Source: Candidatus Latescibacterota bacterium
Lineage (GTDB): Bacteria; Latescibacterota; UBA2968
NCBI GenBank assembly: GCA_965198115.1
Contig: OZ240241.1
Coordinates: 8,288,001 to 8,352,000, forward strand
Length of the DNA: 64,000 nucleotides
Direction of reading: 5' to 3'
The position numbers and the translations under genes are program-made. Shown here piece after piece: positions 1 through 9,601 of the stretch. The notes under the pieces were generated by a model. The model was not told where the DNA came from. It did not search any database and saw only the letters and a program-made list of their open reading frames with translations. Each line of letters begins with the position of its first letter. Within the stretch, counting starts at the first letter, position 1.

Positions 1-3
1 GCA

Positions 4-1446
4 TTGAGTATCGTTGTCGATGACATTCAGATGCACGTGCTGAACATGCGAACGCGGTTCCCCTTCAAATACGGAATCGCGTCTCTTGTTGCGGTCCCCC
101 ACCTGTTCGTTCGGGCGACGGTCCGCGTCGATGGTGAGCGGGTTGTGGGAATCACCTCGGAGGGCCTTCCCCCAAAGTGGTTCACGAAGAATCCTGAAAC
201 CTCGTTCGAGACCGATCTGGATGACATGCTGGAAGTGATCGACAAGGCCAGTGCGTTTTGTCTGGAAACCGCTGAAGGGAAGACGGTGTTCGATCTGTGG
301 ACCAAGATCTACGAAGCGCAGGCGGAATGGGCGAGCGCGACCGCTCACCCACCGCTTCTTTGGGGATTCGGCGTGAGCCTGGTGGAACGAGCGCTGATCG
401 ATGCATTCTGTCGCGCGACGGGGGACAGTTTCCACCAGGTTGTGCGGTCGGGCGCGCTCGGGATTCAACTCGCCGTCGTTCACGAAGAGTTGGGCAACGC
501 GACTCCCTCCGATTTTTTGCCACCCCCCAGCAGGTCGGTCGATGTGCGACACACGGTTGGGCTCGCAGATCCCTTGACCGCGGCGGACGTACCGGAGGAC
601 GAGCGCCTCCACGACGGTCTTCCGTACACCCTTGAAGAAAACATCCAGCACTACGGGCTGACCCACCTGAAGATCAAGCTTTGTGGGGATGCGGAGCAGG
701 ACCTCACGAGACTGAAGCGCATCGCCTATCTCATGGCGCAGCAACCAAAATGCGCGTTCACGCTCGACGGGAATGAATTCTATACTGAGGTCGACCCCTT
801 CCACGACCTTTGGGCTTCGATCGTGGCCGACGAGGACCTTGCCTCCTTCATGCAGGGTCTGATCTTCGTCGAACAGCCATTTCATCGCGACGTGGCCCTC
901 TCGGACGATGTGCGCGACACGCTCCTGGCTTGGTCGGATCGTCCACCGATCATCATCGACGAATCGGACAGCGGCTTACACGTAGGCCGAGACGCGCTCG
1001 AGACAGGGTATGTCGGTACGAGTCACAAGAACTGTAAGGGCGTCTTCAAGGGTATCGCGAATACGTGCCTGATGGAGAGCCGTCGACGCGCGGATCCGAA
1101 TGGCCGTTACGAACTCAGCAGCGAAGACCTGGCGGGCGTGGGTCCGGTCGCCGTGATTCAGGATCTTGCTGTGGTATGTACTCTGGGTATCACGCACTCG
1201 GAACGAAACGGTCATCATTACTTCGAAGGACTGAGCATGTATCCGGATGCGATCCAGGAGGATGTTCTGGCTTCGCACGGCTCCCTTTATCGCCGTCACG
1301 AGCGGGGTTTCCCGACGCTGGATGTGAAGGGTGGGACGCTCGACGTGGGAACGATTGTGGATGCGCCCTTCGGCTACGGCTTCGATTTGGATACGACCCA
1401 GTTCACGCCGTTGGACAAGTGGTCCGCGGACTCGCTGTCGCTGTGA
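4..1446 (+). CDS. Divergent enolase-superfamily (mandelate racemase/muconate lactonizing-like) protein
   Basis: 480-aa ORF with KxK (HLKIKL) and metal-ligand-like motifs LDGNE, VEQP, IIDES. The TTG start is at the window edge, so the true start is uncertain. Confidence 0.65.
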   Translation: MSIVVDDIQMHVLNMRTRFPFKYGIASLVAVPHLFVRATVRVDGERVVGITSEGLPPKWFTKNPETSFETDLDDMLEVIDKASAFCLETAEGKTVFDLWTKIYEAQAEWASATAHPPLLWGFGVSLVERALIDAFCRATGDSFHQVVRSGALGIQLAVVHEELGNATPSDFLPPPSRSVDVRHTVGLADPLTAADVPEDERLHDGLPYTLEENIQHYGLTHLKIKLCGDAEQDLTRLKRIAYLMAQQPKCAFTLDGNEFYTEVDPFHDLWASIVADEDLASFMQGLIFVEQPFHRDVALSDDVRDTLLAWSDRPPIIIDESDSGLHVGRDALETGYVGTSHKNCKGVFKGIANTCLMESRRRADPNGRYELSSEDLAGVGPVAVIQDLAVVCTLGITHSERNGHHYFEGLSMYPDAIQEDVLASHGSLYRRHERGFPTLDVKGGTLDVGTIVDAPFGYGFDLDTTQFTPLDKWSADSLSL

Positions 1447-1508
1447 AAGACCTATCAACGTAGTGGGTGCCCCTCGACAGGCTGCCCGTAGGGTCTTATA
1501 CGGTTTCC

Positions 1509-1559
1509 GCCTTGAAGGGGCGGCACATCTTAGCCCGGGGCGTTAGCCCCGGGCTAAGA
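1509..1559 (+). repeat. REP-like doublet (short hairpin plus TAGCCC hairpin), family A
   Basis: Perfect 14-bp inverted repeat TCTTAGCCCGGGGC-gtta-GCCCCGGGCTAAGA preceded by GCCTTGAAGGGGCGGCA. Related copies at 10706-10750 (-), 33481-33526 and 36493-36542. Confidence 0.75.
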
Positions 1560-1672
1560 GTGGGAGGCACGGAGATGCGCCGTGGTGGGGAAATGGTGGG
1601 ACGAAAAACGAAGATACTCGGTGTACAATCAGATGGCCATACACATGCAGGACGTTGGAGCACGAGTAAGCC

Positions 1673-3013
1673 ATGTCGATTAATTGGGATGATGTTCGAG
1701 GCGAGGTGACGGGGTATCTGCAGGATCTCATCCGACTGGACACCACGAATCCGCCGGGCAACGAGATTCTGTGCGCCGACTACATCGCAGGTGTGCTCGA
1801 GGGCGAAGGGATTGATTCGACGATCACAGAATCCGATCCGGGCCGCGGCAACGTCACTGCCCGTCTTTCGGGTGGAGACGAGCCGGCCCTGATGCTGCTG
1901 GGACATACCGACGTCGTGGCCGTCGAGCCCGAGAAGTGGGAGCATCCTCCGTTCAGCGGAGCACTGATCGACGGGGAGATCTGGGGCCGTGGCGCCGTGG
2001 ATATGAAGGATATGGTCGCAGCCGAGCTGATGGTTTTCCTGTTGCTCAAGCGCCAGGGGATCGGGCTCAACAGAGACGTGATTTACGCGGCTACAGCCGA
2101 CGAAGAGGCGGGGAAAGGCAACCACGGAGTGGGCTGGCTGATCGATAACCATCCCGAACAGGTTGACGCGCCCTACATCGTGACCGAGGGCGGTGGCGGA
2201 GATCTGCGGGTCGGCGATGCGCGGTTCGTGACGGTTCAGACCGGCCAGAAAGGTATTCACCGATTCAGACTTCGAGCCACCGGAAGACCTGGACACGCAT
2301 CGCGCCCGCACGACGAGAATGCCGTTGTACGTCTCGCGAGGGCGGTGGCTGCGATCGGAGACACCACGCTCCCGATTCACCCATCGGCGACTTTACGTGC
2401 CTACCTGGAGGGGATTGCGTCCCGCCAGGATTCCGAGACGGCTTCGAACTTGCTCCAGATCCTGGATCCAGCGAAGAGCGAGCCGGCGCTGGAACGTTCT
2501 CCATTCGATGCCAGTGCCGTCGCATCGCTTCGGGCGCTCTTGAGGAACACGATCTCTCCCACGATTTTGGAAGCGGGCAGTAAAATCAGCGTCATCCCTG
2601 GGGAGGCTGTGGCGTGGCTGGATGGACGTCTCGCCCCAGGACAGACAGATCAGAGCTTCGCAGAGGAGATTCGGCCGCTACTGGGTGACAGCGTCGAGAT
2701 CGAGATCGATCAGTATTGTCCCCCCATCGAAGCAGACATCGATTCTCCGCTCTACGAAGCGATCGTATCCGTCGTGGGTGAACACGATCCCGAGGCGACA
2801 GTCATACCAGCGATCAGTGCCGGAGGGACGGATGCCAAGCACATCCTGCCCCGCAAGCCCGATACGCAGGTGCTCGGCTTCATGCCCCACAAACGTGAGA
2901 AGCGCGGGGGAGGGGGAGCGGCCCACGGACACAATGAGCGAATCTCGGTCGATAACCTGCTCTACGGTACACGCGTGCTGTACGATGTGGTTGTTCGTTT
3001 CTGCGCTGGCTAG
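1673..3013 (+). CDS. M20/M25/M40 family metallopeptidase/amidohydrolase (ArgE/DapE-like)
   Basis: GHTDVV, GRGAVDMK, ADEEAG, GGTDAK and HGHNE metal-binding motifs. Confidence 0.9.
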   Translation: MSINWDDVRGEVTGYLQDLIRLDTTNPPGNEILCADYIAGVLEGEGIDSTITESDPGRGNVTARLSGGDEPALMLLGHTDVVAVEPEKWEHPPFSGALIDGEIWGRGAVDMKDMVAAELMVFLLLKRQGIGLNRDVIYAATADEEAGKGNHGVGWLIDNHPEQVDAPYIVTEGGGGDLRVGDARFVTVQTGQKGIHRFRLRATGRPGHASRPHDENAVVRLARAVAAIGDTTLPIHPSATLRAYLEGIASRQDSETASNLLQILDPAKSEPALERSPFDASAVASLRALLRNTISPTILEAGSKISVIPGEAVAWLDGRLAPGQTDQSFAEEIRPLLGDSVEIEIDQYCPPIEADIDSPLYEAIVSVVGEHDPEATVIPAISAGGTDAKHILPRKPDTQVLGFMPHKREKRGGGGAAHGHNERISVDNLLYGTRVLYDVVVRFCAG

Positions 3014-3014
3014 A

Positions 3015-3115
3015 ACCAAACCACGAAATACACGAACGGTTGGTAATAGGTAGGCGCAAAGGCGGAACCACGGAGCCTGAGTTGGAACCACGGAACACAC
3101 GGAATACACGGAAGA
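3015..3115 (+). repeat. Degenerate 9-nt-period intergenic repeat (ACCACGRA/ATACACGRA), family B
   Basis: AACCACGAAATACACGAA and AACCACGGAACACACGGAATACACGGAA. Relatives at about 7912-8000, 25805-25852, 33442-33468 and 36415-36437. Confidence 0.7.
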
Positions 3116-3205
3116 AACCCAGAGCGAAAAGAATCTGCTGACAACGAACATCGTCGTGCAGCGGCGTTTGAGTGGTGTCTCCATAGGGGTTAAGCGTTGA
3201 GAAAG

Positions 3206-3790
3206 ATGAGCCGGTTTCTCGGGATTGGGCTTCTCGTGGTGTGGGGATGTGCTGGGGAGGACCAGCAGGCTGTCTCTGATGGTGGTGCGGTGGAGCTCGG
3301 CGTGCCGGAGGGGGAGCGGGTGTCGTTGGGGGGGATTTCGGTGATTGTTCCGACGGGGTGGGAAGTGCAGCAACCGTCCTCTTCCATGCGGAAGGCACAA
3401 TACTCGCTCGGGAAGCAGGGGGGCGATTCGGAGGATGGGGAACTGGCGGTGTTCTACTTCGGCGCGCGGAGTGCGGGCAGTGTGGGTGCCAATCTCGATC
3501 GGTGGCGAAAGCAGATCACGCCTCCTCCGCGTACAGCGCCTTCGGACCCGGTGACTCGGACAATCGGTACGATGCGGGTGACGGTGATCGATCTGGAGGG
3601 ATCCTACAGAGCGGGAACGGGAATGAGGATGGCTCCCGGTCCGCCCAAAGCGAATTACCGAATGGTGGCCGCCATCGTGGAGAGTCCGAGTGGCGCCTAC
3701 TACTTCAAGCTGACAGGGCCGTCGGAAACGGTGGCGTACTGGCGCACGTCGTTCGCACAGTGCATCAACAGTGCCAGAAAGGCGGGGTGA
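3206..3790 (+). CDS. Putative lipoprotein of unknown function
   Basis: Signal-peptide-like MSRFLGIGLLVVWGC with a lipobox-like Cys, followed by a globular domain (VPTGW...ANLDRWRKQ...YYFKLTGP). Its stop overlaps the next start (TGATG). Confidence 0.65.
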   Translation: MSRFLGIGLLVVWGCAGEDQQAVSDGGAVELGVPEGERVSLGGISVIVPTGWEVQQPSSSMRKAQYSLGKQGGDSEDGELAVFYFGARSAGSVGANLDRWRKQITPPPRTAPSDPVTRTIGTMRVTVIDLEGSYRAGTGMRMAPGPPKANYRMVAAIVESPSGAYYFKLTGPSETVAYWRTSFAQCINSARKAG

Positions 3791-4767
3791 TGGCCGGTCG
3801 AGTACTGATTACGGATTACGTGTGGCCCGATCTCGAGATCGAGCATCGGATTCTGGGTGAAGCAGGACTCGAGATCGTCGAAGCGCCCGACGGCGAGGAG
3901 GCCACCCTGGCTGGGTTGGCAACGGGATGTTGCGGCATTCTGACGTGCTGGGCAAAAACGACGCAGAAAGTGATCGAGGCCGCTCTGCCCGACTTGCGTG
4001 TGATCGTGCGCTACGGCGTCGGTCTGGACAACATCGATGTCGCGTTCGCCACCTCGCAGGGAATCCCGGTCGCAAACGTACCGGACTACTGCTACGTCGA
4101 CGTGGCGGAGCACGCGATGGCACTTTTGCTGTCGATGTCGCACAAAGTGACGGCATTCGATCGTGACGTACGGGCGACGACCTGGAACATCCAAAGCCAG
4201 GTGCCGCTCAATCGCCTGACGGGCCGCAGACTCGGCCTGATCGGGCTCGGACAGATCGCGCGTCAAGTGGTGCCGCGAGCCACGGCGTTCGGGATGGAGG
4301 TCGTGGCGTACTCACGAACGCTTACGGACGAAGCGGCGGCGGAAGCGGGCGTGCTCCGAGTGGGAATGGATGAGCTGATCGAGACGTCGGACTTTATTTC
4401 GATTCATTGCCCCTTGACTGACGAAACGCGCGATCTGATCGACGCCCAGTTCCTCGAGCGAATGAAGTCATCCGCTTTCCTCATCAACACGTCCCGGGGC
4501 GAAATCATCGACGAGACCGCCCTTGCAGAGGCGCTGGAGGCAGGAGAGATCGCCGGTGCGGCCCTCGACGTGCGATCCCAGGAGCCGCCGGACATGCCCG
4601 ATCGGTTGATCGATTTGCCGAACGTGATTCACACGCCCCACGCTGCGTTCTACTCGACGGAATCGCTTCAGGAGTTGCCGACGAAAGCGGCGCAGGAAGT
4701 CTGTCGCGTTATGAAAGGGGAGGCGTTGATTCATCTGGTGAATCCGGAGTTTCGGGAGAACCAGTAG
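3790..4767 (+). CDS. D-isomer-specific 2-hydroxyacid dehydrogenase (CtBP/SerA-like)
   Basis: GVGLDNID, GLGQIA Rossmann motif, INTSRG, LDV..EP and TPHAAF. The ATG at 3790 is translationally coupled to the upstream stop. Confidence 0.92.
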   Translation: MAGRVLITDYVWPDLEIEHRILGEAGLEIVEAPDGEEATLAGLATGCCGILTCWAKTTQKVIEAALPDLRVIVRYGVGLDNIDVAFATSQGIPVANVPDYCYVDVAEHAMALLLSMSHKVTAFDRDVRATTWNIQSQVPLNRLTGRRLGLIGLGQIARQVVPRATAFGMEVVAYSRTLTDEAAAEAGVLRVGMDELIETSDFISIHCPLTDETRDLIDAQFLERMKSSAFLINTSRGEIIDETALAEALEAGEIAGAALDVRSQEPPDMPDRLIDLPNVIHTPHAAFYSTESLQELPTKAAQEVCRVMKGEALIHLVNPEFRENQ

Positions 4768-4807
4768 GAAATCAGGAAAATAGGGAATTATGAAATTGGG
4801 GTGATGG

Positions 4808-5797
4808 ATGGAGAGACCGAAGATTGGGTTGCTCGTGAAGACGTCGCTTCGAGAGCGAATCCTCAGCGATATAGATCTGGAGAAACTCCGATCGTTCGCG
4901 GATGTGGAGATCAATCCGAACGACGAAGATTTTTCGGAGGAAGAGGCAGCCGAGTTCCTCACGGGGAAGGATGGGGCGTTCTCCAGCTGGCGGGTGACGA
5001 CGCTGACGCCGGCCATCCTGGAGCGAGTGCCCGAACTGAAGATCTGGGCCTATGGCGCCGGGTCGATCAAGGGGAAGATCTGTGACGAGGCCTGGGAAAA
5101 GGGCGTGGTCGTCACGAGCGCGGCACCGGCGATCGCGGACGACGTCGCGGAGTTGACGATGGGACTCATCACGATCGGTCTGCGTCGCGTCATCCCCTAC
5201 ATGCGGGAGATGCGTGGGAATGAGCCGGCCCTGAAACCGTTGTCGCGGTCTCTGTTCCGACGAACGGTGGGTGTCGTCTCGGCGAGTCAGGTGGGGCAGC
5301 GGGTCATGCGGCTTTTGAAGCCCTATGACGTTCGTCTGCTGGTCTTCGATCCCTTTCTATCCGAAGAGCGTGCAAGGGACGAATTCGGCGGCGAGCTGGC
5401 CGACCTCGAGACGATCGCACGCGAAAGCGACGTGGTTACGATCCACGCGCCACGGATTCCCGAGACGCATCACTTGTGGAACGGGACCCACTTTGGGTTG
5501 ATGAAGGACGATGCGGTGTTTGTGAACACATCGCGTGGAGACAATATCGACGAGGCGGCGTTGATCGCTGAGTTACAGAAAGGACGGCTGTTCGCTTTTC
5601 TGGATGTGACCAGCCCCGAGCCACCCGTGCCGGAAAGCCCGCTACGTCAGCTGCCAAACGTCGTGTTGACGCCGCACGTCGCGGGGCAGCAATCCTATCG
5701 CGTTGGAGAGATGGCTGTGGAGGAACTACGTCGATTCTTTGCCGGTGAGGAACAGTTGTTCAGAGTCACGCGGGACATGTTGGATCGGTTGGCGTAG
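4808..5797 (+). CDS. D-isomer-specific 2-hydroxyacid dehydrogenase family protein
   Basis: VNTSRG, LDVTSPEP and TPHVAG motifs, with a degenerate Rossmann loop (VVSASQVG). Confidence 0.88.
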   Translation: MERPKIGLLVKTSLRERILSDIDLEKLRSFADVEINPNDEDFSEEEAAEFLTGKDGAFSSWRVTTLTPAILERVPELKIWAYGAGSIKGKICDEAWEKGVVVTSAAPAIADDVAELTMGLITIGLRRVIPYMREMRGNEPALKPLSRSLFRRTVGVVSASQVGQRVMRLLKPYDVRLLVFDPFLSEERARDEFGGELADLETIARESDVVTIHAPRIPETHHLWNGTHFGLMKDDAVFVNTSRGDNIDEAALIAELQKGRLFAFLDVTSPEPPVPESPLRQLPNVVLTPHVAGQQSYRVGEMAVEELRRFFAGEEQLFRVTRDMLDRLA

Positions 5798-5836
5798 AGC
5801 ATAGAAGATAGAGCATTGAACATTTGAAGGCGGGCT

Positions 5837-6502
5837 ATGAACTTCTGGATTGATAATGGGGAGACGATGCTGTTTATCGGGGACAGCATTACCGACTGTG
5901 GACGACGGGCTGCCGAGGCGCCGCTGGGCATCGGTTACGTTCGGTTGTTCACGGAGATGGTGACGGCTGCCTACCCCGATCGGGGAATCCGATACATCAA
6001 CAAGGGCATCGGGGGCAACCGGGTGACGGATCTCCGGGACCGATGGACGGACGACGTCTTCTACCACGCGCCGGACAAACTGTCCATCAAGATCGGCATC
6101 AACGATCTACACAGTGTGCTGCGCGGCGCTCCCGAACCGGTCCCGCCGGACCGGTTCGCGTCGATTTACGATGCGCTGCTCAGTCGGACGCGAGACACGC
6201 TGAACTGCCCGATCGTCCTTCTCTCGCCTTTTTACATCTCGAGAGAGACGACGAGCGACTCGTTCCGGCAGAGCGTCCTGTCGCTCATTCCGGAATACAT
6301 CGAGGTCGTTGAGCGGCTGAGTGAAACCTACGGAACCCGTCTCGTGCGTCTTCACGACATCTTCCAGAAACACCTCGAGTATCGCGACTCGGAGACATTC
6401 TGCCCGGAACCGGTGCATCCCAATCGCGCGGGACACCTGGTCATTGCCAAAGCGTTGTTCGACGTGCTTTTAGAAGGCTCTATCCGGGTTTCTCAACGGT
6501 GA
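5837..6502 (+). CDS. SGNH/GDSL hydrolase; last codons replaced by ISL3 sequence
   Basis: Blocks FIGDSIT, KGIGGN, IGIND and EPVHPN. The ISL3 left end begins at 6476, inside the ORF. Confidence 0.9.
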   Translation: MNFWIDNGETMLFIGDSITDCGRRAAEAPLGIGYVRLFTEMVTAAYPDRGIRYINKGIGGNRVTDLRDRWTDDVFYHAPDKLSIKIGINDLHSVLRGAPEPVPPDRFASIYDALLSRTRDTLNCPIVLLSPFYISRETTSDSFRQSVLSLIPEYIEVVERLSETYGTRLVRLHDIFQKHLEYRDSETFCPEPVHPNRAGHLVIAKALFDVLLEGSIRVSQR

Positions 6503-7897
6503 AACTATAGAATGACAAGGTCATAGATCGTTCCCTACGCTTGGTTGTGTGTGTAGGACAATCAAAGCGAAGGGGGTGCGACCTATGACCGGGAGCAGAT
6601 TACTATCGAAACTGCTGAGATTCAAGGGGTTCCGTGTTGTCAGCTGGTGGTTTGAGGGGAGAAGCTGCTTCGTCATCGCCGTAAAGCCCCATAAGAATGG
6701 TTGTTGTTGTCCGGAGTGCGGCCGTCGAGGTAAAATCGTCCGCACAATGCCCCATCCGCGTCGGTGGCGTGACATTCCGGTGTGCGGGTGGAGGGTCTGG
6801 CTTCTCTACCATCCTCGGGAGATTCGGTGTCCTACCCACGGTCGTGTGGTCGAGGAGATTCCGTGGGCGGAGCGGTTCTCTCGGGTGACGTATCGCTTCG
6901 AGTATGCCATGCTGCGCTACTGCCAGACCATGTGACGCAGAAGGCGGCGTCCGAGTTACTGCGCATCTCTGCCTCGACGCTGTCGGATCTCCTTCACCGA
7001 TCCATCACGCGGCTTCGTGAAGGTCATCGTATCCGAGGGCTCAAAACCATCGGGATCGACGAGATCTCCTACGCCAAGCGTCACAGGTACGCCACGCTCG
7101 TTTACGATCTGGACCGCTCCTGCGTGGTGTGGGTTGGCCGCGGCAGGGCGCGTAAAACGATCGATCGGTTCTTCACAGAGGCTCTCAGTCCCTACCGGAG
7201 ATCCAAGATCGAGTGGGCCTGCTGCGACATGAGCGAAGCTTACATCGGAGCCATCCAGGAACACTGTCCGAATGCCAAGCTGGTCCTCGATCGCTTTCAC
7301 ATCGTCAAGGCTCTCAATGCCGCCGTTGACGAGGTCCGTAAGGACCAGTGGCGTAAAGCTGCCCCGGATGAGCGCAAAGCCATGAAGGGCCTCCGATGGC
7401 TCCTCTACCGGCACTCAGCGACACGCTCCAGAGGGGATACTCGGACACTCAAAGCACTGGAGAAGGCGAACTACCGAATCTATAGAGCCTGGAGACTCAA
7501 GGACGAGTTCGAGCAGTTCTGGGAATACAAAGCGCCCTGGGCTGCCGAACGCTTCCTGAAATGCTGGACGACGTCCGCACTCAGAAGTCGACTTGAACCC
7601 CTGCGAAAGTTCGTCAGGACCCTGCGACAGCACTTCTTCGGCGTCCTCGCATTCGTGAACACGCGTCTTACCAACGCCATCGCCGAAGGCCTCAACCGAA
7701 TCGTCCAAATCGTCAAGAACCGAGCCAGCGGATTCCGCACACTCGACGCATTCAACGATATGATCTTCCTTACCGTCGGAGACATAAACATCCCTGAGCA
7801 GATTCCGAAGAGGTTCCGCACACGCTAACCGCGCCCCCATGCCAGGAACCACGGCACCTTCACCCACTTCATCTCGTTGAGAGATCCGGATATAGCC
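6476..7897 (+). mobile_element. ISL3-family insertion sequence (1422 bp)
   Basis: Terminal IRs GGCTCTATCCGGGTTTCTCAACG / CGTTGAGAGATCCGGATATAGCC (20/23 match). 8-bp target duplication TTTTAGAA at 6468-6475 and 7898-7905. Confidence 0.95.
6585..7828 (+). pseudogene. ISL3 transposase, frameshifted near 6932
   Basis: Zn-finger CPECG/CPTHG in the first ORF; GIDEIS, CCDMS, LDRFHIV and TNAIAEGLN in the second. ACCATGTGACGCAG looks like a 2-nt insertion and may be a sequencing error. Confidence 0.85.
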
Positions 7898-7950
7898 TTT
7901 TAGAAGCCTAGACCACGGACGGAATACACGGAAGAAGAGCGAAAACCATT

Positions 7951-7999
7951 AACCACCCTTCGACTTCGCTCAGGGCAGGCTCACACGAAATACACGAAC
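7951..7999 (+). repeat. Family D half-element (CCCTTCGACTTCGCTCAGGGCAGGC) nested in a family B repeat
   Basis: AACCA|CCCTTCGACTTCGCTCAGGGCAGGC|TCACACGAAATACACGAA; the same arrangement occurs at 22750 and 36383. Confidence 0.75.
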
Positions 8000-8363
8000 G
8001 GGGAATGTGTTGCAGACCGAGATGAGTCGGTAGGCTGTTCGGGGGATGGCGGAGGAAGAAAAATGGCCACCACCGAGGCACCCAGGTAGGCGCATACCGG
8101 GCTGACGTGCAATCGGGCCGCGAACGACCGGAAAGCATTACAGAGCCGGCTTCCAATAGGTTGGCTACCTGAGATACCTGGGCAATGGCCGAAGGTTCGG
8201 TTTCAAGATAGCGTGAAGACGATGGTGTGTCAAAACGTGGGCCAGTTCGGTCGGCGATGGGTACGCTGATCCTGCTGGCCCTTTGCATTGACCAGTGACT
8301 ATTGACAAGTGACCCTTGACCAAAGTTCGGCATTGCCCCCCGTGCGCGTCGACGTAAGGGGCT

Positions 8364-9401
8364 TTAGCCGCAGGCGGCTTCGATGACGCGGAGATGGTTT
8401 TCGCCGAGGATGCCGCGGATGTCCTGCTCGGCGTAGCCGCGTTGGAGCAAGCCCTCGGTGATGTCGGGAAAGTGTGTGGCGTCTTCCACGAGATCGCCGC
8501 CGCCGTCGAAGTCGGATCCGATGCCGACGACCTGTGGGCCGACCAATTGAACGGCGTGGTCGATGTGATCCAGGAAGTGATCGAGCGTTGGATTCTCCGG
8601 GGCGACGAAATAGGGCACGAACGTCATGCCGATGACACCGCCGTTCTGCTCGATGGCTTTGATCTGATCGTCGGTGAGATTACGCGGATGCTCGCAGACG
8701 CTCGTGCAGGTGCTGTGGGACACGATGATCGGTTTTTCGGTCGTGTCGATGACGTCCCAGAAACCGGGTTCGCTGATGTGGGAGACGTCGACGAGCATGC
8801 CGAGCCGGTTCATTTTCCTGACGAGTGACACGCCGAAGGTTGTCAGGCCCCCGCGGCTTCTCGCTTCCGCGTTCCCATCCGCCGCCCAGCTGCTGGTATT
8901 GTGCGTCAGTCCGATCGACCGGACGCCCACGAGATACAGACAACGGAGGATGTTGAGGCTGCCATCGACGCCGTCGCTGTTTTCGACGACCATGATGACG
9001 GCGAGCTTGCCAGCAGCCTTGGCCTCGCGAATGTCGTCGGCTGACCGTGCCAGGATGACGTCGCCGCCTGTCGATTCGATTTCCGAGTCGAGCGTACCCA
9101 GGGCGTCGAGGGAATAGGCGAGGTGATTGTGCCGCGCTGATGTGCAATCGACGGCGAAGAAGGCAGCGTCGATTCCGCCCGCCCGCATCTTCGGGAAGTT
9201 GATCTGGATCTTGACCTTCGCCGCTTCCCCTGTGTATCCCCCTCGCAAGGAGCCGACCGTCCCATTCGGGGCAGCCGACTCTGCGTCCTCGGATGATAGG
9301 CTCATCCCGCCACGGCGAATGTGACCGACCGTCGTGTCGTTGTGCGTGTCGATGACAAGAGCGTTGTTGTGGAGGTCGAGGGCCTGGGGACTGGGAGGCA
9401 T
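8364..9401 (-). CDS. Membrane/renal dipeptidase family (peptidase M19)
   Basis: IDTHND, VEN, GLTHN, VDVSH, VSHS, HPRN, DHIDH and GIGSDFDG motifs. Confidence 0.92.
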   Translation of the reverse strand: MPPSPQALDLHNNALVIDTHNDTTVGHIRRGGMSLSSEDAESAAPNGTVGSLRGGYTGEAAKVKIQINFPKMRAGGIDAAFFAVDCTSARHNHLAYSLDALGTLDSEIESTGGDVILARSADDIREAKAAGKLAVIMVVENSDGVDGSLNILRCLYLVGVRSIGLTHNTSSWAADGNAEARSRGGLTTFGVSLVRKMNRLGMLVDVSHISEPGFWDVIDTTEKPIIVSHSTCTSVCEHPRNLTDDQIKAIEQNGGVIGMTFVPYFVAPENPTLDHFLDHIDHAVQLVGPQVVGIGSDFDGGGDLVEDATHFPDITEGLLQRGYAEQDIRGILGENHLRVIEAACG

Positions 9402-9601
9402 GGTGTGGTCTCCGTGATAATCGACGAGAGCTGGCCACGAGGAGTTGTCCGTGTTCCGTTCTGGGCCCTGCGGGCCTTGACGGAACCAGTCGTCGGTCGA
9501 AGGCTGTCACTCGCCAATGACGTGCGAGAAAAACTCGCGGGCGTTTGCTGATCGGGTAATATGGGAGGGTCAGAAAGGTGGGGCAAACCTGACGAGAGCA
9601 G

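Noticed and set aside
3358-3789. N-terminal extension of the dehydrogenase with CGQCGC (469-aa ORF)
   Set aside because: It is an off-frame overlap with the lipoprotein gene; the coupled ATG at 3790 gives a normal-length enzyme.
6920-6945. Programmed translational frameshift in the ISL3 transposase
   Set aside because: No slippery heptamer is visible, ISL3 transposases are normally single ORFs, and a TG dinucleotide duplication explains the break.
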